DNA of 64,000 bases from Bacteroides sp. (GTDB lineage: Bacteria; Bacteroidota; Bacteroidia; Bacteroidales; Muribaculaceae): NCBI GenBank assembly GCA_014802535.1, contig JAAVCC010000011.1:95315-159314 (forward strand), read 5' to 3'. The translations under genes and the position numbers were made by a program. Below the pieces are notes generated by a model, which searched no databases, was not told the origin of the DNA, and saw nothing but the letters and a program-made list of their open reading frames with translations. Every line of letters begins with the position of its first letter. The stretch's first letter is position 1. Below are positions 53,931 to 62,946 of this stretch, piece by piece.

Positions 53931-56090
53931 ATGACACGTAAATTTATTTCTATTGCAATGGCTTGTTTGATTACTGCCGGTTCGTCGATTTGGGCTGAAG
54001 AACGTGTAAATCCGTTCTTTGCACCCTACGATACGCCGTTTGAAATTCCTCCTTTTGACAAAATCAAACCTGCCGATTATTTGCCTGCCTATACCGAAGG
54101 TTTAAAACAGGCTCGTGCTGATATTCAAGCAATTATTAACAATCCTGAAACTCCGACTTTTGAGAATACTATCCTCGCGATGGATAAGGCAGGAGCTCTT
54201 CTTGAAAAGGTCAGCCGCGTTTTTGGTGCGATTACTCAAACCGATATTACCCCCGAACTAAGCGACATCAACGATATTGTGGTGCCGATGGTCGGTCAAT
54301 ATGAAGATGAAATCAGCATGAACGACAAGTTGTTTGCTCGTGTTAAAACTTTATATGACAACCGTAACAATCTTTCGCTTGACAAAGATCAAATCAGAAT
54401 GATTGAGAAGTCTTATAATTCGTTTACCCGTAACGGAGCACTGCTCTCTCCCGAAAAAAAGGAGGAACTGAAGGCTTTAAACAACAAACTTGCCGAACTC
54501 TATCTTAAATTCAACAAAAATTTGCTTGCAGCAACTAACGAATTTGAAATCGTTGTTGATGATGTAAATCAGCTTTCGGGACTGAACCAAGGTCAACTGA
54601 GTGCGGCTCTTCAAGCCGGTAAAAAACGCGGACATGACGGTAAATATGTATTCACTCTTCATGCACCCTCTCGCCTACCCTTGTTAACCAATGCCGACAA
54701 TCGTGAGTTGCGCGAAAAAATGTATAAAGGATATGCCACACTTGCTTCGTCAGGCAAATATGACAACCGTCCGGTTATCAACGAAATTCTGAAGACTCGT
54801 GCTGCAAAGGCTAAACTTCTTGGCTACCCCGACTACGCTACTTATATGACCAGCAAAGTTATGGCAGGTACTCCCCAAGCTGCTCAAGAGCTGATGAAAA
54901 AAATGTGGGGACCGACTGTCAAGAAGGTTAACGAGGAAGTAGCCGAAATGCAGCAGATCGTTGATCGTCAAGGTCTTGACTTTAAGATTCAGCCGTGGGA
55001 CTACTATTATTACTCTGAAAAGGTACGTGCCGACAAGTATAATCTTAACGAAAACGATTTGAGACCATATTTTTGTGTTGACTCGGTTAGAAAAGGTATT
55101 TTCACAATGGCAAACCGATTGTATGGTCTGACTTTCACAGAGCTTCCCGATGCACCAAAATATAATCCTGAAGTAAAAGTATATGACGTTCGCGATGAAA
55201 ATGGCGAACACGTGGCAATATACATGACAGACTATCATCCGCGTGCTTCAAAACGTCAAGGCGCATGGGCAAGCAAGTTCAAAGCTTCATACATAGATGA
55301 AAATGGTAACGACATACGCCCGATAAACTTCAATGTCGGCAACTTTACTGCTCCGACCGAAGATATGCCTTCATTGCTTACACTTGACGAGGTTGAAACA
55401 ATGTTCCATGAATTTGGACACGGACTTCACGGAATGCTTTCTCGCGCACGTTACAAATCACAATCGGGAACAGCTGTTGACCGTGACTTTGTCGAACTCC
55501 CCTCTCAGATTCATGAACACTGGGCATTTGAACCGGAACTCTTGAAAGTTTATGCTCATCACTATCAAACCGGCGAGGTAATTCCGCAAGAACTGATTGA
55601 TAAACTTGAAGCTGCATCGACCCATGGATCAGGTTTCCACATGGCAGAACGCATCACAGCCGCATGGCTTGATATGCAATATGGACAACTTAATCCGACC
55701 GGTGATATTGACATCAATGCTTTTGAACAAAAAGTTGTTGATGAACTCGGTGCACCGTCAGAGGTTGAATATCGCTACCACAGTACATATTTCAAACATA
55801 TTTTCGGTGGTGAACAATATGCTTCGGGCTATTATACTTATATGTGGGCTGAAGTGCTTGATTGCGATGGTTACGATCTATTTGCACAGAACGGTATTTT
55901 TGATCGTAAAACTGCCGATTCATTCCGTCAAAACATACTTGAAAAAGGTGGTTCAGAAGATCCTATGGAACTATTTATTAAATTCAGAGGTCACCGCCCC
56001 ACTCCCGATGCATTGATGCGTAAATACGGACTTGATCCCAAAGCTCCTGAAGCCAATCTCGAGATCAAATATCCGATGGGAGAAAAATAA
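53931..56090 (+). CDS. dcp: M3-family peptidyl-dipeptidase (Dcp-like)
   Basis: Zinc motif HEFGHGLH and a downstream E (VELPSQIHEHW). The signal peptide begins at MTRKFISIAMACL. Confidence 0.88.
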   Translation: MTRKFISIAMACLITAGSSIWAEERVNPFFAPYDTPFEIPPFDKIKPADYLPAYTEGLKQARADIQAIINNPETPTFENTILAMDKAGALLEKVSRVFGAITQTDITPELSDINDIVVPMVGQYEDEISMNDKLFARVKTLYDNRNNLSLDKDQIRMIEKSYNSFTRNGALLSPEKKEELKALNNKLAELYLKFNKNLLAATNEFEIVVDDVNQLSGLNQGQLSAALQAGKKRGHDGKYVFTLHAPSRLPLLTNADNRELREKMYKGYATLASSGKYDNRPVINEILKTRAAKAKLLGYPDYATYMTSKVMAGTPQAAQELMKKMWGPTVKKVNEEVAEMQQIVDRQGLDFKIQPWDYYYYSEKVRADKYNLNENDLRPYFCVDSVRKGIFTMANRLYGLTFTELPDAPKYNPEVKVYDVRDENGEHVAIYMTDYHPRASKRQGAWASKFKASYIDENGNDIRPINFNVGNFTAPTEDMPSLLTLDEVETMFHEFGHGLHGMLSRARYKSQSGTAVDRDFVELPSQIHEHWAFEPELLKVYAHHYQTGEVIPQELIDKLEAASTHGSGFHMAERITAAWLDMQYGQLNPTGDIDINAFEQKVVDELGAPSEVEYRYHSTYFKHIFGGEQYASGYYTYMWAEVLDCDGYDLFAQNGIFDRKTADSFRQNILEKGGSEDPMELFIKFRGHRPTPDALMRKYGLDPKAPEANLEIKYPMGEK

Positions 56091-56109
56091 AATAAGATAC
56101 TACTAAATA

Positions 56110-56156
56110 TCGCCGCGCCAAGTGGTTATCATTGACCGACGACGCGGCGATTTTTT
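56110..56156 (+). terminator. Rho-independent terminator after dcp
   Basis: Stem tcgccgcg/cgcggcga followed by TTTTTT. Confidence 0.7.
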
Positions 56157-56172
56157 ATATTAAAAACGATAT

Positions 56173-58203
56173 ATGGCGTCATCAAAAAACGAGAAAACAA
56201 AGATTAACCCTGAATCAGACATAGACCTCGACAATAATGAGTTCCAACAAGTTTGGCAACTTATAAATCACACCAACCGAAGTGTTTTTCTGACCGGTAA
56301 AGCCGGGACGGGTAAATCAACGTTTTTACGTTATATAACCGAACATACTAAAAAGCCTCACGTTATACTTGCTCCAACAGGTGTTGCAGCGGTGAATGCC
56401 GGAGGCGTAACGCTACATTCGTTTTTTCAACTTCCTCTCAAACCTATTTTGCCTGACGATCCCGATTTCTCGGTGTCGAGAATTCGCCAACGATTTAAGT
56501 ATAATCGTTCAAAAATTCAATTAATCAGAAAGTTAAAGCTGATAGTAATAGATGAAATCTCTATGGTTAGAGCCGATGTAATAGACATCGTTGACCGTAT
56601 TCTTAGAGTATATACAGGAAATATGCGACTTCCATTTGGCGGCATTCAAATGCTGCTTGTCGGTGATATTTTTCAGCTTGAACCGGTAGCGACGGGAGAT
56701 ACACGCGAAATATTGCGCAACGCCTACAATCATCTTTTTTTCTTTTCGGCTAATGTTTTCAAAGATTTTCAGGTTATTCCGATAGAGCTTGTCAAATGTT
56801 ATCGCCAATCAGACACTGATTTTGTTAATATTCTTGACCGAATCAGAATAGGACATCCTCTTGTTAACGATATTCAGGCAATCAATTCACGTTATAATCC
56901 CGACATAAAATCAAATCACTCTAAAGAATTTATAATGACTCTTTGCTCTCAGCGAGATATGGTCAACGCCATAAACGAGAGTCATCTTGCTCAAATTAAA
57001 TTTCCCGAAATAACATATACCGGAATCACTGAAGGAGATTTTCCTGAATCGGCATTACCGGTACCTCAAAAATTGGTTTTGAAACTCGGAGCTCAAGTCG
57101 TTTTTGTTCGTAACGACTTTGAACATAGATGGTATAACGGATCGCTCGGTCGAGTTACGATGGCAACAAATGACAAACTTGAAATAGAGCTTGAAAACGG
57201 AGATCGCCATATACTCGAACCCGAACGATGGTCTAACATCAAATATGTTTATAACGAAGATTCACGCCGTGTTGACGAAATTGAGCTCGGCAGTTATATT
57301 CAATATCCGGTCAGATTGGCATGGGCGTTGACAATACATAAAAGTCAAGGTCTGACCTTTAACAATGTCATAATCGACCTTGGACGCGGTGCATTTACAG
57401 GCGGACAAACATACGTTGCTCTCAGCCGTTGTCGTTCGCTCGAAGGGATGACACTAAAATCGGTATTGCGTGAACGCGACATTTTTATCAACCCAGAAAT
57501 AGCTCGTTTCAGTCAAACATTCAATTCATCTGACAACATAAAACGAGCACTAACCGAGGCCCAGGCAGACGAACTATATGTCAAATCAGCCCGACTTTGG
57601 GATCAAAAGCATTTCATGGAATCTACCGATATGTTTTTCAAAGCAATGGAGGGCAAAAATAGAATCAATGACCGAGGTGTCAAGCGTTTAATAAAACAGA
57701 AACTCTCTGTATTTGACTCGCTTAACAACACAATTACCGACCTTGAAAATCAACTTAATCAAGCAAATGCGACGTTAAGAAAACTCGCGTTGGAATACGT
57801 ATCTCTCGGACTAACCGGATTGCAAAATATTGCAGATATGTCGCCGGCATTACTCAATTTTGAGAAAGCATTGTCAATTGACCCTGAAAATCAAGATGCA
57901 CTCCGAGGTAAAGCACAGGCACTCGTCGGCATGGGAGAAAATGAGAGTGCTCTTGATTCATTTATTAAATTAATCAGAGCCGGCAGCACAAATTCAGAAG
58001 ATTATATTGGAGCTGCCGACATCTATTCGTCATGTGGCGAAGTACACGATGCTCTTGATTGCTTGCTGAAAGCTCTGACGATTGACAAGAATAATCCTGT
58101 AATATGTGACCGTCTCGCCGATATCTATATGTCAATTGGAGAAGAAGGCGAAGCCGACCGATATTCCCAGCTTGCGAAAAAGCTCCGAAAGAAAAAGAAA
58201 TAA
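56173..58203 (+). CDS. Pif1/RecD-like P-loop helicase with a C-terminal TPR region
   Basis: Walker A GKAGTGKST, Walker B VIDEISMV, LVGDIFQLEPV, TIHKSQGLTF, and a C-terminal TPR-like region (ALSIDPENQDALRGKA). Confidence 0.8.
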   Translation: MASSKNEKTKINPESDIDLDNNEFQQVWQLINHTNRSVFLTGKAGTGKSTFLRYITEHTKKPHVILAPTGVAAVNAGGVTLHSFFQLPLKPILPDDPDFSVSRIRQRFKYNRSKIQLIRKLKLIVIDEISMVRADVIDIVDRILRVYTGNMRLPFGGIQMLLVGDIFQLEPVATGDTREILRNAYNHLFFFSANVFKDFQVIPIELVKCYRQSDTDFVNILDRIRIGHPLVNDIQAINSRYNPDIKSNHSKEFIMTLCSQRDMVNAINESHLAQIKFPEITYTGITEGDFPESALPVPQKLVLKLGAQVVFVRNDFEHRWYNGSLGRVTMATNDKLEIELENGDRHILEPERWSNIKYVYNEDSRRVDEIELGSYIQYPVRLAWALTIHKSQGLTFNNVIIDLGRGAFTGGQTYVALSRCRSLEGMTLKSVLRERDIFINPEIARFSQTFNSSDNIKRALTEAQADELYVKSARLWDQKHFMESTDMFFKAMEGKNRINDRGVKRLIKQKLSVFDSLNNTITDLENQLNQANATLRKLALEYVSLGLTGLQNIADMSPALLNFEKALSIDPENQDALRGKAQALVGMGENESALDSFIKLIRAGSTNSEDYIGAADIYSSCGEVHDALDCLLKALTIDKNNPVICDRLADIYMSIGEEGEADRYSQLAKKLRKKKK

Positions 58204-58239
58204 AAAAATGACCGTCTCGTAAGAAACGGTCATTTTTTA
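58202..58239. terminator. Bidirectional terminator between the helicase gene and htpG
   Basis: Stem atgaccgt/acggtcat flanked by an A-run and a T-run. Confidence 0.7.
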
Positions 58240-58256
58240 TTTAAACTATTATAAGA

Positions 58257-60314
58257 TTATTTCAAAAGGTCAACTGAACGTTCGATAAAGCGACTGAGTT
58301 GTTCGCCTTTCAACAAGCCGTTACCAAGAAGGGCAATGTCGATAAGTTGACCAACAACAGGTTGATTTTTGGCATATTCACCAACAATCTCTTCTTGTTT
58401 TTTACGAGCTGCATCGACCTGAGCCTGCAAATCGTTTGATTGTTTTTCTTGCTCGGCGTCGAGTTTGCCATCTTTGGCAACTACACGAATTGCCGAAATT
58501 TGGTCGTTCTTTTCTTTAACCTCGTTTTCGAGCGGTTCAATTTCAGCTTTAAGATCAGCGTCAGCTTTATCGCGAAGCTTGATAATTATAGGGTTCTCGG
58601 TATTCACAATGAAATTATAACTGTCGGGCAATTCACCATAGAAATTCATGCCCGGCTGCATAGAAGCCATCTCTTTCATACGTCTCATATACTCGTTTTG
58701 CGTAAGAGTAACAGGGAGATCGGCAGGCGACATCGCTTCAAAAGTCACCACAAAGTTAGCATCTTTAATGTCGGGAACCTGAGAACGGAAAACATTAGTC
58801 AAAATATTGCGTTGAGTTTCAGAGAGATCAACTGTCTTCTTGTTATCTTTGGGAATAAGATTATCGACCGTATCAGAATCGACACGAACAAATCGACTCT
58901 TTTCAATTTTCTGTTCAAGCATTGCAATAAAATGGTTTTCGAGTTGTCCGTCCATAACGAGCACACTGTAACCACGATTAGTTGCAGCTTTAATAAAATT
59001 GAATTGAGCGACCGGATCGGTTGCATAAAGATAGACAACGTCGCCACCCTTGTCGGTTTGCTCCGGCGATATCAAGTTGCGATATTCTTCGAGAGTGTAA
59101 TATTTATTTTCAGTGTCTTTTACAAGGACAAAGTTCATTGCCGACTCACAGAATTTTTCATCGGTGAGCATACCATATTCAATAAATATCTTGATATCGT
59201 CCCATTTTGATTCATATTCCTTACGATCGGTCTTGAATATATCTTCAAGGCGTGAAGCTACTTTCTTGGTGATGTAAGATGAAATTTTCTTCACTGCAGA
59301 ATCGCTCTGGAGGTAGCTACGAGAAACGTTCAACGGAATATCGGGAGAATCAATCACACCCTGAAGCAACATCAAGAAGTCGGGAACAACACCTTCAACC
59401 GAGTCAGTAACATAAACCTGATTGCAATAGAGCTGAATACGATTTTTATTGATGTCGAAATTATTCTTGATTTTAGGGAAGAACAGTACACCTGTCAATG
59501 TAAACGGATAGTCAACATTGAGGTGAATCCAAAACAATGGGTCTTCTTGAGCAGGATAAAGTTCATGATAAAATTTCAAGTAATCTTCATCGGTCAAGTC
59601 AGCCGGTTTTTTCGTCCACATCGGCTCAGTGCTGTTGATCACATTGTCTTTGTCGGTATCAACATATTTGCCGTCTTTCCATTCCTGAACTTTGCCCGAA
59701 ATCACAGGCACAGGGAGGAAGCGGCAATATTTTTTCAGGAGTGAATCGATGCGTGACTGTTCGAGAAATTCTTTATTTTCATCATCGATATAAAGAATGA
59801 TATCAGTGCCTCGCGTTGATTTATCAGCAGGACCCATTTCGTATGCCGGCGAACCGTCACATTCCCATTTAACCGCTTCAGCACCATCTTTATAGGATAG
59901 TGAAACAATTTCTACTTTTTTGGCAACCATGAAGGCTGAGTAAAAACCAAGACCAAAGTGTCCGATGATAGAGTTGGCAGTATCCTTGTATTTTTCAAGG
60001 AATTCTTCGGCACCGGAGAATGCAATTTGGTTAATATATTTGTCAACGTCATCGGCAGTCATACCAATACCGTGGTCACTGATAGTCAATGTACCGGCAT
60101 CTTTATCAATTGATACCCTGACATTTGTGTCGCCAAGTTCACCTTTAAATTCACCAAAAGATGCAAGCGTTTTTAATTTTTGAGTTGCATCAACTGCGTT
60201 TGACACAAGTTCACGAAGAAAAATTTCGTGGTCACTATACAAAAACTTTTTGATAACCGGGAAAATGTTTTCGGTGGTAACACCGATAGTTCCCTTTTGC
60301 TGTTTTTCTGACAT
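58257..60314 (-). CDS. htpG: Molecular chaperone HtpG (Hsp90)
   Basis: FLRELVSNAVDA, ISDHGIGMT and GHFGLGFYSAFMVA. 685 aa. Confidence 0.95.
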   Translation of the reverse strand: MSEKQQKGTIGVTTENIFPVIKKFLYSDHEIFLRELVSNAVDATQKLKTLASFGEFKGELGDTNVRVSIDKDAGTLTISDHGIGMTADDVDKYINQIAFSGAEEFLEKYKDTANSIIGHFGLGFYSAFMVAKKVEIVSLSYKDGAEAVKWECDGSPAYEMGPADKSTRGTDIILYIDDENKEFLEQSRIDSLLKKYCRFLPVPVISGKVQEWKDGKYVDTDKDNVINSTEPMWTKKPADLTDEDYLKFYHELYPAQEDPLFWIHLNVDYPFTLTGVLFFPKIKNNFDINKNRIQLYCNQVYVTDSVEGVVPDFLMLLQGVIDSPDIPLNVSRSYLQSDSAVKKISSYITKKVASRLEDIFKTDRKEYESKWDDIKIFIEYGMLTDEKFCESAMNFVLVKDTENKYYTLEEYRNLISPEQTDKGGDVVYLYATDPVAQFNFIKAATNRGYSVLVMDGQLENHFIAMLEQKIEKSRFVRVDSDTVDNLIPKDNKKTVDLSETQRNILTNVFRSQVPDIKDANFVVTFEAMSPADLPVTLTQNEYMRRMKEMASMQPGMNFYGELPDSYNFIVNTENPIIIKLRDKADADLKAEIEPLENEVKEKNDQISAIRVVAKDGKLDAEQEKQSNDLQAQVDAARKKQEEIVGEYAKNQPVVGQLIDIALLGNGLLKGEQLSRFIERSVDLLK

Positions 60315-60515
60315 ATTGATTTGAGTTTTTTATTTATTATTCTGAATTATATTTTGTCTATATAACAAATAAGCAAATATTATGCCACACACCAAACAGT
60401 GACATTTTGTCAGTTTTAAAGTTAATTAAGGAATTTAATCTATAATAAGCATGATAAAATTCTCAAATTATATTTAAATTTGTAATCAACTAAATTTTTA
60501 AACCAATTATTTATT

Positions 60516-61025
60516 ATGTCATTTTCTAAATTCCTCAAATATCTTTTTCTCTATGGATTTGTAGAGGATATGTTTTCTGACAATAACCACGATCCAAAAC
60601 AAAATCATGATACACCATACATATATGATGATTATGAAAACTCACATATTTCACTAAATCAAAATTTACCGATCGAAGAGCAAATTGATATCCTTCAAGA
60701 TCGTATTGACAAACTTGAAAAACAGCTTGATCGATATGATGTTATGGATGATAGATATGACGAGTTATCTGATGAAATTTCTAAATTGGAAGATCGCCTT
60801 TATGTTTTAGAAGAAGAGCTTGACAATCGAGATTATATAGCAGATGATGAAGACGATTTTGAAGATGACTTTGAAGACGAAGATGATGAAGATTTTGACG
60901 AGGATGATTTCGAGGACGAAGACTTTGAAGAAGAGGAAGACGATTTTGAAGATGACTTTGAGGATGAAGATGAGGACGATTTCGAGGAAGAAGACGATGA
61001 AGACGATTTTGAAGATGGCTGGTAA
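60516..61025 (+). CDS. Hypothetical protein with a hydrophobic N-terminus, a coiled coil and an extreme D/E/F-repeat acidic tail
   Basis: 169-aa ORF. The C-terminal roughly 65 residues are almost entirely D, E and F, in DDFEDDFEDED-type repeats. Confidence 0.5.
   Translation: MSFSKFLKYLFLYGFVEDMFSDNNHDPKQNHDTPYIYDDYENSHISLNQNLPIEEQIDILQDRIDKLEKQLDRYDVMDDRYDELSDEISKLEDRLYVLEEELDNRDYIADDEDDFEDDFEDEDDEDFDEDDFEDEDFEEEEDDFEDDFEDEDEDDFEEEDDEDDFEDGW
60840..61020 (+). repeat. Imperfect internal nucleotide repeats (gaagacgattttgaagatgactttga-type units) encoding the acidic tail
   Basis: Near-identical units begin at about 60849 and 60937. All three forward frames and one reverse frame stay open across the tract. 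Confidence 0.8.
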
Positions 61026-61058
61026 GCAAAAAATTTAGTTATTTATAAGTTATTTTTG

Positions 61059-61066
61059 TATCTTTG
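61059..61066 (+). promoter_or_regulatory. -7 box TAtcTTTG upstream of the XRE regulator gene (an overlapping TAttTTTG lies at 61051)
   Basis: Perfect matches 113-121 nt before the ATG at 61179. Confidence 0.4.
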
Positions 61067-61178
61067 TCGCGAAGATATATTTCATATTTAACCAAAATTC
61101 TATCAACTATTTAATTTTCAACCATTTATTTATAAATTATTATTCAACTATTAACCAAATTAAAAACCGACCAAACCT

Positions 61179-61658
61179 ATGATTAGAATCGACATCGCTA
61201 AACTACGCAAAATGGCCGGACTCACTCAGCGAGAACTCGCAGAAAAGATTGAAATCCACCAAAGTTTTCTGTCATCAATTGAAAACGGACGTAGCCGACT
61301 TCCCGAAAACAAGCTTCAAAAGATTAAAGATGTTCTTGGTATTGACAATATCGATGATTACATCATTGAAAATCAAGAACATGACAAAGCTTTTATTGCT
61401 CAAGCTCAACATCTTCAAGACTGCAAGAATAATGACTCCATCTCAAAATTGCTTGAACATTTTCATGCAATATCCCATCAAAATAATAAAGATATAAAAC
61501 ACAATGAGGCCAAACTTCACGACCGAATCGAAACACTCTCATACCGGAACGAAAAATTGTCTCATCGTGTTGACGAACTCCGCGAAACCATTGATAGTTT
61601 AAGAGATGAGAATTACCGACTAAAAGAGCTACTCCTAAGCAACTCAATCAGTTTTTAA
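61179..61658 (+). CDS. XRE-family HTH regulator with a C-terminal coiled coil
   Basis: LRKMAGLTQRELAEKIEIHQSFLSSIENGRSRL, then the heptad-like RIETLSYRNEKLSHRVDELRETIDSLRDENYRLKELL. Confidence 0.75.
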   Translation: MIRIDIAKLRKMAGLTQRELAEKIEIHQSFLSSIENGRSRLPENKLQKIKDVLGIDNIDDYIIENQEHDKAFIAQAQHLQDCKNNDSISKLLEHFHAISHQNNKDIKHNEAKLHDRIETLSYRNEKLSHRVDELRETIDSLRDENYRLKELLLSNSISF

Positions 61659-61680
61659 AGTATAAAAACTCACATATCAT

Positions 61681-61712
61681 AAAAGAGGCAGTGGATATCA
61701 CTGCCTCTTTTA
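61681..61712. terminator. Bidirectional terminator between the XRE gene and manA
   Basis: A 10-bp stem agaggcagtg/cactgcctct flanked by AAAA and TTTT. Confidence 0.75.
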
Positions 61713-61744
61713 TTATTTCAAAAAAATTTTATATTTCAATAAAC

Positions 61745-62704
61745 TTAAACCGTAACCTTCATTATTGTTGCATTGCCCGATATTTCGGCAGTTGCCAAAT
61801 CGGCTGACAACAAGAATGTAGAGCCGCGCTTAAATTCTCGTTTTTCAAACTGAGTAGTAACGACAACATTACCTTCAATAACAACAACAATCGTAAACGA
61901 ATCACCGTTACTAACAATGTTAACAGGGGCATCACTCTTTACATTGAATACATTAGCCTTGAAATAATTTGAACTAATGTTACATTCGCTTTTGCCGTTT
62001 ACATTATCTTCAGAATATGAATAATCAATAGCTTCGCGTGCTTCCTTGATATGAAGCGGTCTTAACTGACCATTATTGTCGCGTCGGTTATAATCAAATA
62101 TTCGATATGTAATATTGCTTGACTGCTGCACCTCAAGAATGAGATTACCTTCACCGATTGCATGAATGGTTCCGGATGGAATATAATAGACCTGTCCTTT
62201 TTTTGAATCGTATGATGCGATATAGTCAATCAAATTATTTTCAGCAACAACCTTATCAAAAAGTTCGGGTGTCATTTTCTGATTCAGTCCACACAAAATT
62301 TTAGCACCGGGATTTGAATCAATTACATACCACATCTCATCTTTACCATTACATCCATGACAACGACGCGCAAGTTCCTCGCCGGGATGTACCTGTAACG
62401 ATAAATTATGATGGGCATCAATAAATTTTATCAATAACGGGAAACCGGTATAGGGATATGCCGCAGCAACCGCCTTTCCCAAAAAAGATTCACCGAAAAT
62501 GTCAACTAGCCGGGTAAGTGACATACCGTCAAACTCTCCACCGTCAACAACCGAAACAGCCCCCGGAAGCCCGGAAATTTCCCAGCTTTCTCCAATATTA
62601 GAACCCGGCAGTTCAATTCCTTTATATTGACCTATGCGATCTCCACCCCATATAACAGAGCTGAATTGGGGTCGAAAGCTTAATATGCGATGAAGTTCTT
62701 TCAT
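61745..62704 (-). CDS. manA: Type I mannose-6-phosphate isomerase
   Basis: WGGDRI, ESWEISG, LSLQVHP and the HAIGEGN cupin metal-site motif. 319 aa. Confidence 0.85.
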   Translation of the reverse strand: MKELHRILSFRPQFSSVIWGGDRIGQYKGIELPGSNIGESWEISGLPGAVSVVDGGEFDGMSLTRLVDIFGESFLGKAVAAAYPYTGFPLLIKFIDAHHNLSLQVHPGEELARRCHGCNGKDEMWYVIDSNPGAKILCGLNQKMTPELFDKVVAENNLIDYIASYDSKKGQVYYIPSGTIHAIGEGNLILEVQQSSNITYRIFDYNRRDNNGQLRPLHIKEAREAIDYSYSEDNVNGKSECNISSNYFKANVFNVKSDAPVNIVSNGDSFTIVVVIEGNVVVTTQFEKREFKRGSTFLLSADLATAEISGNATIMKVTV

Positions 62705-62789
62705 TCTCTATCAAAAATCGATTTATCAGGCGATAACGAGGAAGAGAGTCGATAAATTTATTATTAATTTATTGTTTATAATTTCAAAA

Positions 62790-62803
62790 GTGAAACGTTT
62801 CAC
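62790..62803. promoter_or_regulatory. Perfect 14-bp palindrome GTGAAACGTTTCAC, a candidate LacI/Cra-type operator
   Basis: Exact inverted repeat in the manA/POT divergent intergenic region, just downstream of the manA -7 box. Confidence 0.45.
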
Positions 62804-62817
62804 ACTGCAAATTTAGG

Positions 62818-62825
62818 TTTAAATT
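62818..62825 (-). promoter_or_regulatory. -7 box TAaaTTTG for manA
   Basis: The reverse complement of caaattta, 114 nt upstream of the manA ATG. Confidence 0.4.
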
Positions 62826-62900
62826 TAAAACTTTCCAAAAAAATTTGGCTTATAATGCCATTCTTGCACGATATGATTTGTCGGTTTTTCATTTTCTGTG

Positions 62901-62908
62901 TATCTTTG
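62901..62908 (+). promoter_or_regulatory. -7 box TAtcTTTG for the POT transporter gene
   Basis: Perfect match 39 nt before the ATG at 62947. Confidence 0.5.
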
Positions 62909-62946
62909 ACATCAAAATAAACAATCATTCATTTCATTTTTTCAAA

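Noticed and set aside
58440-59210. A 256-aa plus-strand ORF and other ORFs overlapping htpG
   Set aside because: They are antisense to a full-length, motif-perfect Hsp90 gene. The translated sequences are low-complexity with no recognisable motifs.
60781-61038. ORFs in other frames across the acidic repeat (60781-61029 -, 60844-61038 +)
   Set aside because: They are consequences of the GA-rich repeat staying open in several frames. Only the 60516 frame has a plausible start, a non-repetitive N-terminal part and a coiled coil.
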